The translations under genes were made by a program, and so were the position numbers. Shown in pieces: positions 17,751 through 27,599 of a stretch of DNA of 64,000 nt. The notes beneath the pieces were generated by a model that made no database searches, was not told where the DNA came from, and saw nothing but the letters and a program-made list of their open reading frames with translations. How positions within the stretch are numbered: position 1 is the first letter of the stretch; each line of letters opens with the position of its first letter. The DNA is from Hyphomonas sp. (GTDB lineage Bacteria > Pseudomonadota > Alphaproteobacteria > Caulobacterales > Hyphomonadaceae): positions 3,097,725 through 3,161,724 of the forward strand of contig CP051229.1 of NCBI GenBank assembly GCA_017792365.1, given 5' to 3'.

Positions 17751-19508
17751 ATGACGGCGAAATCGCAAACGATGACAGGGGCGCAGATCGTCCTGCGGGC
17801 GTTGAGCGATCAGGGCGTCGATACCGTATTCGGCTATCCCGGCGGCGCCGTGCTTCCGATCTACGACGCGATTTATGCACAGCAGGAAGTGCGACACGTG
17901 CTGGTGCGCCATGAACAGGGCGCGGGCCACATGGCCGAGGGCTATGCGCGCTCGACGGGCAAGTGCGGCGTGGCGCTGGCGACATCCGGTCCCGGCGCGA
18001 CCAACATGGTGACGCCGATTGCCGACGCGCTGCTGGATTCCATCCCGATGGTGGTGATCACGGGTCAGGTGCCGACGCACCTGATCGGGTCTGACGCCTT
18101 CCAGGAAGCCGACACGGTGGGCATCACCCGTTCGTGCTCGAAGCACAATTACCTCGTCAAGGACGTCAACGACCTCGCCCGGACCATCCATGAGGCGTTC
18201 TATGTCGCAACGTCAGGCCGGCCGGGTCCAGTCGTGGTCGACATCCCCAAGGATGTGCAGTTCGCGACCGGCAAGTATGTTGGCCCTGAGACCATCGAAC
18301 ACCGCACCTATCGGCCGCGGATCGAGCCGCGCGAAGGCCGCATCGCTGAAGCGATCGAGCTGCTGGCGAAGGCGGAGCGCCCGATCGTCTATACGGGCGG
18401 CGGCGTGATCAATTCGGGGCCGGACGCATCGAAGGCGTTGCGGGCATTCATCGAGCGGACCGGGTTCCCGATCACCTCGACGCTGATGGGCCTTGGCGCC
18501 TACCCCGCATCCGGCGAGCAATGGCTGGGCATGCTGGGCATGCACGGCTCGTTCGAGGCCAACCACGCCATGCACGATTGCGACGTGATGCTGTGCATCG
18601 GCGCGCGCTTCGATGACCGGGTGACGGGCCGCCTCGACGCCTTCTCGCCGAACTCCAAGAAGATCCACATCGATATCGACCCGTCTTCAATTAACAAGAA
18701 CGTCATGGTCGAGGTGCCGATCGTCGCCGATTGCGGCGCGGCGTTGAACGCTCTGAACGAGGCGTGGGACAAGCGCGCAGCCAAGCGCAAGCCGAACCTC
18801 AAGCCGTGGTGGGACCAGATCGAGCAATGGCGCAATCGCAAGTGCTTCGCCTATCCCTCGTCCGACAAGGTGATCAAGCCGCAATACGCGATCGAACGGC
18901 TCTATGAGCTGACCAAGGACAAGGATTGCTACATCACGACCGAGGTCGGCCAGCACCAGATGTGGGCGGCGCAATTCTATCACTTTGAAGAACCGAACCG
19001 CTGGATGACGTCGGGCGGACTGGGCACGATGGGCTATGGCCTTCCGGCGGCGGTCGGCGTGCAGGCGGCGCATCCCAATTCGTTGGTCATCGACATTGCC
19101 GGCGACGCTTCAGTGCAGATGACGATGCAGGAGATGTCGACCGCCATCCAGCACGAGCTGCCGGTGAAGATCTTCATCCTCAACAACGAGTGGATGGGCA
19201 TGGTGCGCCAGTGGCAGCAATTGCTGCATGGCGAGCGCTATTCGCACTCGTATTCCGATACGCTGCCGGACTTCGTGAAGATGGCCGAGGCCTATGGCTG
19301 CACGGGCTTCATGTGCGACGATCCGAACAACCTCGACGAGATGATCATCAAGATGATCGAGACGCCGGGGCCTGTGCTGTTCGACTGTCGCGTGGAAAAG
19401 GCCGAGAACTGCTTCCCGATGATCCCGTCGGGCGCGGCGCACAACGACATGATCCTTGGCGAGATCACGGGGGACGAGATCGACGAGAAGGGGAAGGTGC
19501 TTGTCTAG
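17751..19508 (+). CDS. ilvI: acetolactate synthase (AHAS) large catalytic subunit
   Basis: TPP-enzyme motifs (GYPGGAVLPIYD, GGLGTMGYGLPAAVG...GDASVQM). The track ORF starts at GTG 17733; ATG 17751 or 17772 are also possible. Confidence 0.9.
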   Translation: MTAKSQTMTGAQIVLRALSDQGVDTVFGYPGGAVLPIYDAIYAQQEVRHVLVRHEQGAGHMAEGYARSTGKCGVALATSGPGATNMVTPIADALLDSIPMVVITGQVPTHLIGSDAFQEADTVGITRSCSKHNYLVKDVNDLARTIHEAFYVATSGRPGPVVVDIPKDVQFATGKYVGPETIEHRTYRPRIEPREGRIAEAIELLAKAERPIVYTGGGVINSGPDASKALRAFIERTGFPITSTLMGLGAYPASGEQWLGMLGMHGSFEANHAMHDCDVMLCIGARFDDRVTGRLDAFSPNSKKIHIDIDPSSINKNVMVEVPIVADCGAALNALNEAWDKRAAKRKPNLKPWWDQIEQWRNRKCFAYPSSDKVIKPQYAIERLYELTKDKDCYITTEVGQHQMWAAQFYHFEEPNRWMTSGGLGTMGYGLPAAVGVQAAHPNSLVIDIAGDASVQMTMQEMSTAIQHELPVKIFILNNEWMGMVRQWQQLLHGERYSHSYSDTLPDFVKMAEAYGCTGFMCDDPNNLDEMIIKMIETPGPVLFDCRVEKAENCFPMIPSGAAHNDMILGEITGDEIDEKGKVLV

Positions 19509-19929
19509 GCTGAAGAAACCGAAGCCCGAGCGCGTCATGCTGGCCATGAGCGACGACGGCGTGGCGGCGGCGGCTGCGACGCTGCTGATCAACCGCGGTC
19601 ACCGCGTCGACGTGGCGAGCCATTCGCGGGATATCCTCGACAGCCTCAAGGTGCGCGATGTCGACGCCGTCATGCTCGATGGCGTGTGGGCCGCGCGCGA
19701 GGGTCTCTATGGTCTCGGCGCCATGAAGCGCCAGGCGGGCCGCTCGGTGCGGTTCCTGCTCTGCGAGGAAGAAGGCGCGCCGCATGCCGGCTCGTATGAG
19801 CATGAGTGGTTCAACCGCGTGCTGACGATGCCGGCGCTGGCGCGCGACGTCGTAAATCTCGTCGAAGGCTCGCGCGCGCAGCGCCGCCGCTATCAGCCGG
19901 ACATCCAGACGCGGGGGCTGGCGGCATGA
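19501..19929 (+). CDS. degenerate single-domain receiver (CheY-like) protein, copy 1
   Basis: Track ORF 19456..19929. REC-like pattern RVMLAMSDD...DAVMLDG...VLTMPA (conserved Lys replaced by Met). C-terminal tail RRRYQPDIQTRGLAA. Start is TTG 19501 (overlapping the ilvI stop) or ATG 19537. Confidence 0.65.
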   Translation: MSRLKKPKPERVMLAMSDDGVAAAAATLLINRGHRVDVASHSRDILDSLKVRDVDAVMLDGVWAAREGLYGLGAMKRQAGRSVRFLLCEEEGAPHAGSYEHEWFNRVLTMPALARDVVNLVEGSRAQRRRYQPDIQTRGLAA

Positions 19930-20345
19930 AGACGACGCCCGAACCGATGCGCGTTCTCGTCCTGATGCAGGACGACATCATCCGCACCTTCGTGACCCGC
20001 ACCCTGCGCACGCGCGGCCATACCGTTTTGACGGCGGACGATCCCGATGAGGCGATCGATGAGATCGACGACGACGCGTTCGATGTCGTAACCGTCGAGT
20101 TCCAGTGGATCTCCCAGTTCGGCATGCCCGAGTTCAAGCGGGTGCGTCAGGCGGCCGGCGGGCGTACGAAGTTCATCGTGCAGGCGGCGCTGTCCGGGAA
20201 GGTTCCGGCCGGCCTGATCCGGCGCGGGCTGGACGAATTGCTGCTGAAGCCGTTCTCGCTGCGCCAGCTGGTGAAGGCCGTTGAAACCCGCACCGGCCGC
20301 CGCCGCTATCAACCCAACATCCAGCATCGCGGACTGCACGCATGA
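19926..20345 (+). CDS. degenerate single-domain receiver (CheY-like) protein, copy 2
   Basis: Inside track ORF 19806..20345. The ATG overlaps the copy-1 stop (ATGA). RVLVLMQDD...DVVTVEF (Glu at the phospho-acceptor position)...LLLKPF. C-terminal tail RRRYQPNIQHRGLHA. Confidence 0.7.
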   Translation: MKTTPEPMRVLVLMQDDIIRTFVTRTLRTRGHTVLTADDPDEAIDEIDDDAFDVVTVEFQWISQFGMPEFKRVRQAAGGRTKFIVQAALSGKVPAGLIRRGLDELLLKPFSLRQLVKAVETRTGRRRYQPNIQHRGLHA

Positions 20346-20926
20346 CGACCCGTACCAGACGACCCAAGAAACAGACGGTGAAGGAAGATCCCGCCTCCGC
20401 CTATGACATGAGCCATGTCGACGAGGCGATCGAGCAGCGCACGCTGGCCTGCATTGTCGACAACGAGCCGGGGGTGCTTGCGCGCGTCGTAGGGCTGTTT
20501 TCCGCGCGCGGCTATAACATCGAGAGCCTGACGGTCGCGGAGATCGACAAGAACGCGCACCAGTCGCGCATCACCATCGTCACCTCCGGCACCGATCACA
20601 TCCTGGAGCAGATCGAGCAGCAATTGCTGCGGCTGGTGCCGGTGGCGAAGGTGATCGACGTGACCAACTCGACCGGCGGCATCGAGCGCGAGCTGGCCGT
20701 CGTGAAGGTGGCGGGCAAGGGCGAAAAGCGTGTCGAGGCGCTGCGCCTGTCGCAGATCTTCCGCGCCAACGTGATCGATACGACGAACGAGAGCTTCATC
20801 TTCGAGATCACCGGCGGGTCGAACAAGATCGACCAGTTCGCCGAGCTGATGCGGCCGCTGGGCCTCGTCGAGATTTCACGCACCGGCGTGCTGTCGATCC
20901 AGCGCGGCAAGGAGCGGGCGGGGTGA
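20342..20926 (+). CDS. ilvH: acetolactate synthase small regulatory subunit (ACT domain)
   Basis: 194 aa: LACIVDNEPGVLARVVGLFSARGYNIESLTV. The ATG overlaps the upstream stop (ATGA). Confidence 0.9.
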   Translation: MTTRTRRPKKQTVKEDPASAYDMSHVDEAIEQRTLACIVDNEPGVLARVVGLFSARGYNIESLTVAEIDKNAHQSRITIVTSGTDHILEQIEQQLLRLVPVAKVIDVTNSTGGIERELAVVKVAGKGEKRVEALRLSQIFRANVIDTTNESFIFEITGGSNKIDQFAELMRPLGLVEISRTGVLSIQRGKERAG

Positions 20927-21038
20927 GCGGGCTGCGCCCATCCACGATCGCGGCCGTGCCGACCTAAAATTTATTGACGTGACGCTGCTCGCGTTGGACT
21001 AGGCGCGGGCGAGAAAACAGAAGAACCCTGAGGAGTAG

Positions 21039-22064
<1,026 letters not shown>

Positions 22065-22106
22065 CCGCGCCTTGATCTTCTCCATGCCGCCGCGCATCTA
22101 GGTTGG

Positions 22107-22847
22107 ATGGAAAAAGAGGCGATTGAACAGGGGCGGCGGGACGAGCGTCCGCGGGAACCCGACAAGCAGCCCATGTTCAATGCGCCGCTGATTGTCATCG
22201 GCATGGCGCTGGCACTGGTCGGCCTGCATGGCGCGACGTTGTTTCTGGACTACGAAAGCTGGCAATGGACGTACATTGACTATGCACTCGACCCTCGTCG
22301 GTTTTGGGCACCGGACGATCACATGGTGTCCTACGCATCTCCGGCTCAGAAATATCTGACGCTGCTATCATCGGGATTCCTACATGGCGGCTGGATGCAT
22401 GTGATCGTGAATGCAGGGATGCTGTTAGCGTTCGGGACGCCCGTAGCGCGAACACTTGGAGGCGGGCCTATCGGCGTTGGAAAGTGGCTGGCGGTCTTTT
22501 TGGGGGCCGTGGTCGTTGGGTCTATCTTCTACCTTGTGTTGAAGGGGGCTACTGGTGGGCCGGCCGTAGGCGCATCCGGCGGGGTTTCCGGGCTGATGGC
22601 TGCTGCGATGCTGATCGGGCCGGACGGGACGGTGCGATCGCCGCTGTCTCGGGGCTTCATTACATTCACGGCAATCTTCGCAGTGGCCAACGTGCTGCTC
22701 GCGCTGGCCGGGCCGTGGGTGCTGGGCGCCGGCGTCGCCTGGGAGGCGCATGCAGGCGGATACCTTGCTGGCGCCATATTGATGCTTTTGCTTGGCCCAA
22801 GAGTGCCGCGATACGGCGGCATGGAGACCCATTACGACAGTTTCTGA
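22107..22847 (+). CDS. rhomboid-family intramembrane serine protease
   Basis: Rhomboid motifs GFLHGGWMHVIVN and GASGGVSGL, plus a downstream AHAGGY; multi-TM. Confidence 0.8.
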   Translation: MEKEAIEQGRRDERPREPDKQPMFNAPLIVIGMALALVGLHGATLFLDYESWQWTYIDYALDPRRFWAPDDHMVSYASPAQKYLTLLSSGFLHGGWMHVIVNAGMLLAFGTPVARTLGGGPIGVGKWLAVFLGAVVVGSIFYLVLKGATGGPAVGASGGVSGLMAAAMLIGPDGTVRSPLSRGFITFTAIFAVANVLLALAGPWVLGAGVAWEAHAGGYLAGAILMLLLGPRVPRYGGMETHYDSF

Positions 22848-22923
22848 ACCAATGCTCATCTGCGGTTCTGTCTGGGTTCATGTGCAATAGCGTCTTAATG
22901 GGGGTGTGTTCGGAGGTGCGAAG

Positions 22924-23421
22924 ATGAAACGGATCATGATTGGCGCAGCGATGCTGGGCGCGATTTCACTGGCGCACGCCGATACCGCAAAGGACGGCAT
23001 GGTCTCGGTGAAGGCCGGGATGTGGAACTGGGAGCAGAGCACCAAGATCATGGGCCTGTTCTCCTCCGACGAGCAGAACCTCGAATGCCTGATCCCGCCC
23101 AAGGCCGAGATGACCTTGTCGCGTCTGGCTTACGACCTCGATGAGGGGTGCACCGTCGATGACGTCGTGCCGGTCAACGAAGGGTACAATTTCACCCTGA
23201 TCTGCAAGGGGGATGTGTCGGGCAAGGCCGCCGCGAACATCTCCGCCTCGCCTGAATCGCTGCAGATCCGCGCAAAAGGCAATGCGCGGTGGGGCATCAT
23301 CACGGCCGGCCTGCAGATGAATGCCGATGCGACCTACATGGGCGAGTGCCCGGCGGACGAGTTTGCCCGCCAGGTCGAGAAGTGGAACGAGGAAAACCCC
23401 GACGAGCCCTACACGCCGTAG
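22924..23421 (+). CDS. secreted hypothetical protein (DUF3617-like, tentative)
   Basis: ATG 22924 has GGAGG 8 nt upstream. Signal peptide MKRIMIGAAMLGAISLAHA; four Cys residues. Confidence 0.55.
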   Translation: MKRIMIGAAMLGAISLAHADTAKDGMVSVKAGMWNWEQSTKIMGLFSSDEQNLECLIPPKAEMTLSRLAYDLDEGCTVDDVVPVNEGYNFTLICKGDVSGKAAANISASPESLQIRAKGNARWGIITAGLQMNADATYMGECPADEFARQVEKWNEENPDEPYTP

Positions 23422-23739
23422 GCCGTTTTCAGCATCTCCTAGCGGTCTTCGCGCGCGCCTGAGCAGGCGCGTGCTTGAGACGTCGAACCTTTCTCAGCAT
23501 AGCGGACCGAGCGTCCGCACCATGCCGCAAGTCCGAAATACGCGCGCGGCGTGAGCCATGCTGGCGACAGCGCCGAGCCACGCGAATTCGGTGAAGGAAT
23601 GCCTAATACGCGGGAAATATTGGCGTATTGCTTGGTTCCAGCAATCTTGGCATGGTCCGCCCGATTTGTGTCCGGCCGCTAGAAAAGTCGTACCCATAAG
23701 CGGCGGGCCGGAACACGTGTTTGCGGGAGAAATACGCCT

Positions 23740-25914
23740 ATGACCCTGTCGCTATGGTTGCCAATCCTGGCCGGCCTCATCGCCGTCGGATTTGGCGTCG
23801 TCACCACGCAGCGCCTCATGGCCATGTCCACGGGCAGCGCCAAGATGCAGGAGATCGCCGGCGCCATTCAGGAAGGCGCGAACGCCTACCTGAAGCGCCA
23901 GTATCAGACGATCGCCATCGTCGGCGTCGTCGTCACCATCGCTCTCGCGATCTTCTTCATGAACTGGGAAGCCCCGCTTGGCTTTGTCATCGGCGCGGTG
24001 CTGTCGGGCGCGGCCGGCTTCATCGGTATGAAGGTGTCGGTGCAGGCCAACGTGCGTACGACGGAAGCGTCGTCGAAGGGACTGGGCGAGGGCCTGAAGG
24101 TCGCTTTCCAGTCGGGCGCCGTCACGGGGATGTACGTTGTCGGCCTCGCGCTGCTGGGCCTTGCCGGCTACTACGCGCTGCTGACCGCAGGCCTTGGCAT
24201 GGAGCCGAGCAGCCGCACCGTGGTCGATGCGCTGGTGGCGCTGGGCTTTGGCGCCTCTCTGATCTCGATCTTCGCGCGTCTTGGCGGCGGCATCTTCACC
24301 AAGGGCGCTGACGTTGGCGGCGACATGGTCGGCAAGGTCGAAGCCGGCATCCCGGAGGATGACCCGCGCAACCCTGCCACCATCGCGGACAACGTAGGCG
24401 ACAACGTCGGCGACTGCGCCGGCATGGCTGCCGACCTGTTCGAGACCTATGCGGTGACGATTGTCGCCACGATGGTGCTGTCGTCGATCTATTTTGCAGG
24501 CGACGCTGCGCTCAGCTCGATCATGGCGCTGCCGCTGATGATTGGCGCCCTCTGCATCGTGACCTCGATCGTCGGCACGTGGTTCGTGCGCCTCGGCTCG
24601 AACTCGCGCAATGTCATGGGGGCGCTCTACAAGGGCTTCTTCGTGACGGCCTTCCTGTCGATCTTCGCTGTCATGGGCGCAGTCGAACTGACCCTGCCGG
24701 ATGGCGTGAGCGCACAGCTGACGACGATAAACGGCACCGAGATCACCGGATGGGACCTGATCCTCTGCGGCGTCGCGGGTCTGGTCGTGACCGGTCTGAT
24801 TGTCTGGGTGACGGAATATTACACGGGCACCGACTTCCGCCCGGTGAAGTCGATCGCGCAGGCCTCGATCTCTGGCCATGGCACGAACGTCATTCAGGGT
24901 CTGGCCGTTTCGCTCGAGGCGACGGCGATCCCCGCCGTGATCATCATCGCGGGCATCATCTTCACCTACACGCTGGCCGGCCTGATCGGCATCGCGATCG
25001 CGGTGACTACTATGCTGGCGCTCGCGGGCATGGTCGTGGCGCTCGACGCGTTCGGCCCGGTGACGGACAACGCGGGCGGCATCGCCGAAATGTCCTCGCT
25101 GGACGACAGCGTGCGCGAAACGACTGACACGCTGGACGCTGTCGGCAACACGACGAAAGCCGTGACGAAAGGCTACGCGATCGGTTCGGCGGGCCTTGGC
25201 GCGCTGGTGTTGTTTGCCGCCTTTACCGCCGACCTCGAGTATTTCTCGGCGCAGGCGGCGGAGGGCTCGTTCCTCTATGGCGTGAACGCGGACTTCTCAT
25301 TGTCCAACCCGTACGTGGTGGTCGGCCTGCTGTTCGGCGGTCTGTTGCCTTACCTGTTCGGCGGCATCTCGATGATGGCCGTGGGTCGCGCGGCCCAGGC
25401 GGTCGTCGAGGAAGTGCGCAAGCAGTTCAAGGAGATCCCGGGCATCATGGAGTTCAAGGCGAAGCCGAACTATGGCCGCGCCGTGGACATGCTGACCAAG
25501 GCGGCGATCAAGGAAATGATCATCCCGTCGCTGCTGCCTGTGCTCTCGCCGATCGTCCTCTTCCTCGTCATCTGGGGCATTGGCGGGTTCAGCGATCTCG
25601 CCAAGGATCAGGCCCTGTCGGCCGTCGGCGCCATGCTGCTCGGCGTGATCGTCACCGGCCTGTTCGTCGCCATCTCGATGACGGCGGGCGGCGGCGCCTG
25701 GGACAATGCCAAGAAGTCGTTCGAGGACGGCTTCACCGACAAGGACGGCGTGGTCCACAAGAAGGGCTCTGACGCCCACAAGGCGTCGGTCACCGGCGAT
25801 ACGGTCGGCGATCCCTACAAGGACACGGCCGGCCCGGCTGTGAACCCGATGATCAAGATCACCAACATCGTGGCGCTGCTGATGCTGGCGGCGATGGCGG
25901 GCGGCGCCCACTAG
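23740..25914 (+). CDS. hppA: membrane-bound proton-translocating pyrophosphatase
   Basis: 724 aa, polytopic. Signatures [60 protein letters not shown]. Confidence 0.95.
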   Translation: MTLSLWLPILAGLIAVGFGVVTTQRLMAMSTGSAKMQEIAGAIQEGANAYLKRQYQTIAIVGVVVTIALAIFFMNWEAPLGFVIGAVLSGAAGFIGMKVSVQANVRTTEASSKGLGEGLKVAFQSGAVTGMYVVGLALLGLAGYYALLTAGLGMEPSSRTVVDALVALGFGASLISIFARLGGGIFTKGADVGGDMVGKVEAGIPEDDPRNPATIADNVGDNVGDCAGMAADLFETYAVTIVATMVLSSIYFAGDAALSSIMALPLMIGALCIVTSIVGTWFVRLGSNSRNVMGALYKGFFVTAFLSIFAVMGAVELTLPDGVSAQLTTINGTEITGWDLILCGVAGLVVTGLIVWVTEYYTGTDFRPVKSIAQASISGHGTNVIQGLAVSLEATAIPAVIIIAGIIFTYTLAGLIGIAIAVTTMLALAGMVVALDAFGPVTDNAGGIAEMSSLDDSVRETTDTLDAVGNTTKAVTKGYAIGSAGLGALVLFAAFTADLEYFSAQAAEGSFLYGVNADFSLSNPYVVVGLLFGGLLPYLFGGISMMAVGRAAQAVVEEVRKQFKEIPGIMEFKAKPNYGRAVDMLTKAAIKEMIIPSLLPVLSPIVLFLVIWGIGGFSDLAKDQALSAVGAMLLGVIVTGLFVAISMTAGGGAWDNAKKSFEDGFTDKDGVVHKKGSDAHKASVTGDTVGDPYKDTAGPAVNPMIKITNIVALLMLAAMAGGAH

Positions 25915-25938
25915 GGCTCTGCATCGATTTCGAACAAG

Positions 25939-25968
25939 AAGCCCCCGTCAACCGACCGGGGCTTTTTC
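25939..25968 (+). terminator. intrinsic terminator after hppA
   Basis: aagcccc...ggggctt stem (12-nt loop), followed by ttttt. Confidence 0.5.
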
Positions 25969-26000
25969 GTATTGGCTTTGGCGGGGGCGCCAGCCCAAAG

Positions 26001-26040
26001 AAAAAGGCGCGGCGCCTGAAGCGCCGCGCCTTCTGCGTTT
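26001..26040 (-). terminator. intrinsic terminator for the 26054..26344 gene (possibly bidirectional)
   Basis: Perfect 10-bp stem ggcgcggcgc/gcgccgcgcc with a 5-nt loop. Flanked by aaaaa on the plus strand (TTTTT on the minus strand) and by ttctgcgtttt on the other side. Confidence 0.65.
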
Positions 26041-26053
26041 TATGCCGGGGAGG

Positions 26054-26344
26054 CTATTCGACTTTGGCCAGTTCGGCGTCGAGTTCTTTGAGTTTCTCGT
26101 CCGTGATCTGGTCCGGAACGTAGCTTTGGACGTCAACGAGCGTGAAGTCATAGCCTTGCTGGAGGTCCGGGTTCGCCGCGAGCTCCGGCATGACCTTCAC
26201 GAACGCGGCCTTGGCGCCTTCGTGCTCCATGATCTCGCCGATGGTTGACGTTGAGGTGCTGAACTTTGCCGCGCCTTCGTCTGCAAATGCAGCCGGCGAC
26301 AGGCTTGCCGCAGCAATGGCCGCAGCGACGATAAGTTTGCGCAT
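26054..26344 (-). CDS. small secreted hypothetical protein
   Basis: Track ORF 26054..26365. ATG 26344 gives MRKLIVAAAIAAASLSPAAFA signal peptide and an acidic mature part. Confidence 0.6.
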   Translation of the reverse strand: MRKLIVAAAIAAASLSPAAFADEGAAKFSTSTSTIGEIMEHEGAKAAFVKVMPELAANPDLQQGYDFTLVDVQSYVPDQITDEKLKELDAELAKVE

Positions 26345-26462
26345 GTTTCTCTCCCAAACGCTCACACGCCTCTCGGGCGTGTCTGGAAACTCTAGAGTTT
26401 CTCTTTCCGTGAGTCGATAAGAATCAGCAGCTCGGCCGATTACGTTTCAGTAAGGCGCGCCG

Positions 26463-27521
26463 TCACGGGTTGGGATTGGTCATCTCGTCGACGACCCGGC
26501 GTCCTGTGGCTGGGAAGTCGGTAAAGTAGCCATCGAGCCCCAGCCGCAATGCCGCGCGCATGGCGTCTTCGATCGGCGCATCGCCGAAGGGCGCATCGTC
26601 CCGATAGGTCCACGTGTGCACGGCGATGCCGATCTGGTGCGCCCGTTCGATGAAGCCGGTTGAGGAGCCGTCAGGGTTGGCGATCATTGCATGCGTGACG
26701 CCCGCGCCGTCCCAGAAGGGCGCGCCCTTATGGGCGAGGGCGGCTTCGTAGGCGGCGGCGTCGCCAGCCAGCATGATGATCGGATGGCCGGTGTTGCGCT
26801 CCTTCATGCGCTTCACAAAGGGCGGTTCGAAGGACTGGATGAAGACGCTGGCGGGGTCGGCGTTGACCCATTTGTCGGCGAGCGTGCTGGCGATCATCTC
26901 GACCATGTCGTGGCCCAGCTCCAGATGATAGGCGGGCACCTTGGCTTCCGGATAAATGCAGACGGGCTGACCGTCCTGTCCGAGGAGGTAGGCCGTTTCG
27001 ATGACTTCCTCGAAGGTCGGAATATCGAACTGGCCGTCATAATCCTTTGGCCGTCCATCGAAGGGCTGACGCGCGCGCAGCGTCTTGAGCTCCTCAAGCG
27101 TGAAGTCCGCAACCCACCAGTCTTCCATGCCGGCATGCGCTTCATCCGGGGCGGGCCGCTTGCGGTCGGCGAATTCCGGACGGTCGGCGACGTCGGTCGT
27201 GGTGGAGAGATAGATGTCGTGGCGCGAGACCAGCACGCCATCCTTGGTGACGACGAGGTCGGGCTCGATACAGTCGGCGCCCTGTTCGACGGCGAGTTCG
27301 TAGGCGGCGATCGTGTGCTCTGGTCGTTCACCGGATGCGCCGCGGTGCGCGATGACCAGCGGACGCGCGCCGCCGAGCGTTGGATAGGGCCAGTCTAGAG
27401 GAGCGGCGTCGGTGGTTTCGGTCACGATTTCGGGTTCCGGTTCAGGAGCGGCGGGGTCGGGGGCGCAGGCGCCAAGCGCAAGAGCGAGGGGAGCGAGAAG
27501 GGCGGCGCGGGACAGGATCAT
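26463..27521 (-). CDS. glpQ: glycerophosphodiester phosphodiesterase (lipoprotein-type signal)
   Basis: VIAHRGASGERPEHT catalytic motif. N-terminal LALALGAC lipobox. Confidence 0.85.
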   Translation of the reverse strand: MILSRAALLAPLALALGACAPDPAAPEPEPEIVTETTDAAPLDWPYPTLGGARPLVIAHRGASGERPEHTIAAYELAVEQGADCIEPDLVVTKDGVLVSRHDIYLSTTTDVADRPEFADRKRPAPDEAHAGMEDWWVADFTLEELKTLRARQPFDGRPKDYDGQFDIPTFEEVIETAYLLGQDGQPVCIYPEAKVPAYHLELGHDMVEMIASTLADKWVNADPASVFIQSFEPPFVKRMKERNTGHPIIMLAGDAAAYEAALAHKGAPFWDGAGVTHAMIANPDGSSTGFIERAHQIGIAVHTWTYRDDAPFGDAPIEDAMRAALRLGLDGYFTDFPATGRRVVDEMTNPNP

Positions 27522-27599
27522 GGAAAGGCTCTGGCTGGTGAATCGAATTGCTGGCCAATTGGGCTGGCTTGGGGACCAGCCTCACGCCAGAGTGTAACG

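Noticed and set aside
23558-23743. Track ORF of 61 aa (MLATAPSHANSVKECLIRGKYWRIAW...) in the hppA upstream region.
   Set aside because: It has no SD and odd composition (Trp/Cys/His-rich). It ends overlapping the hppA start in a region better explained as a structured leader.
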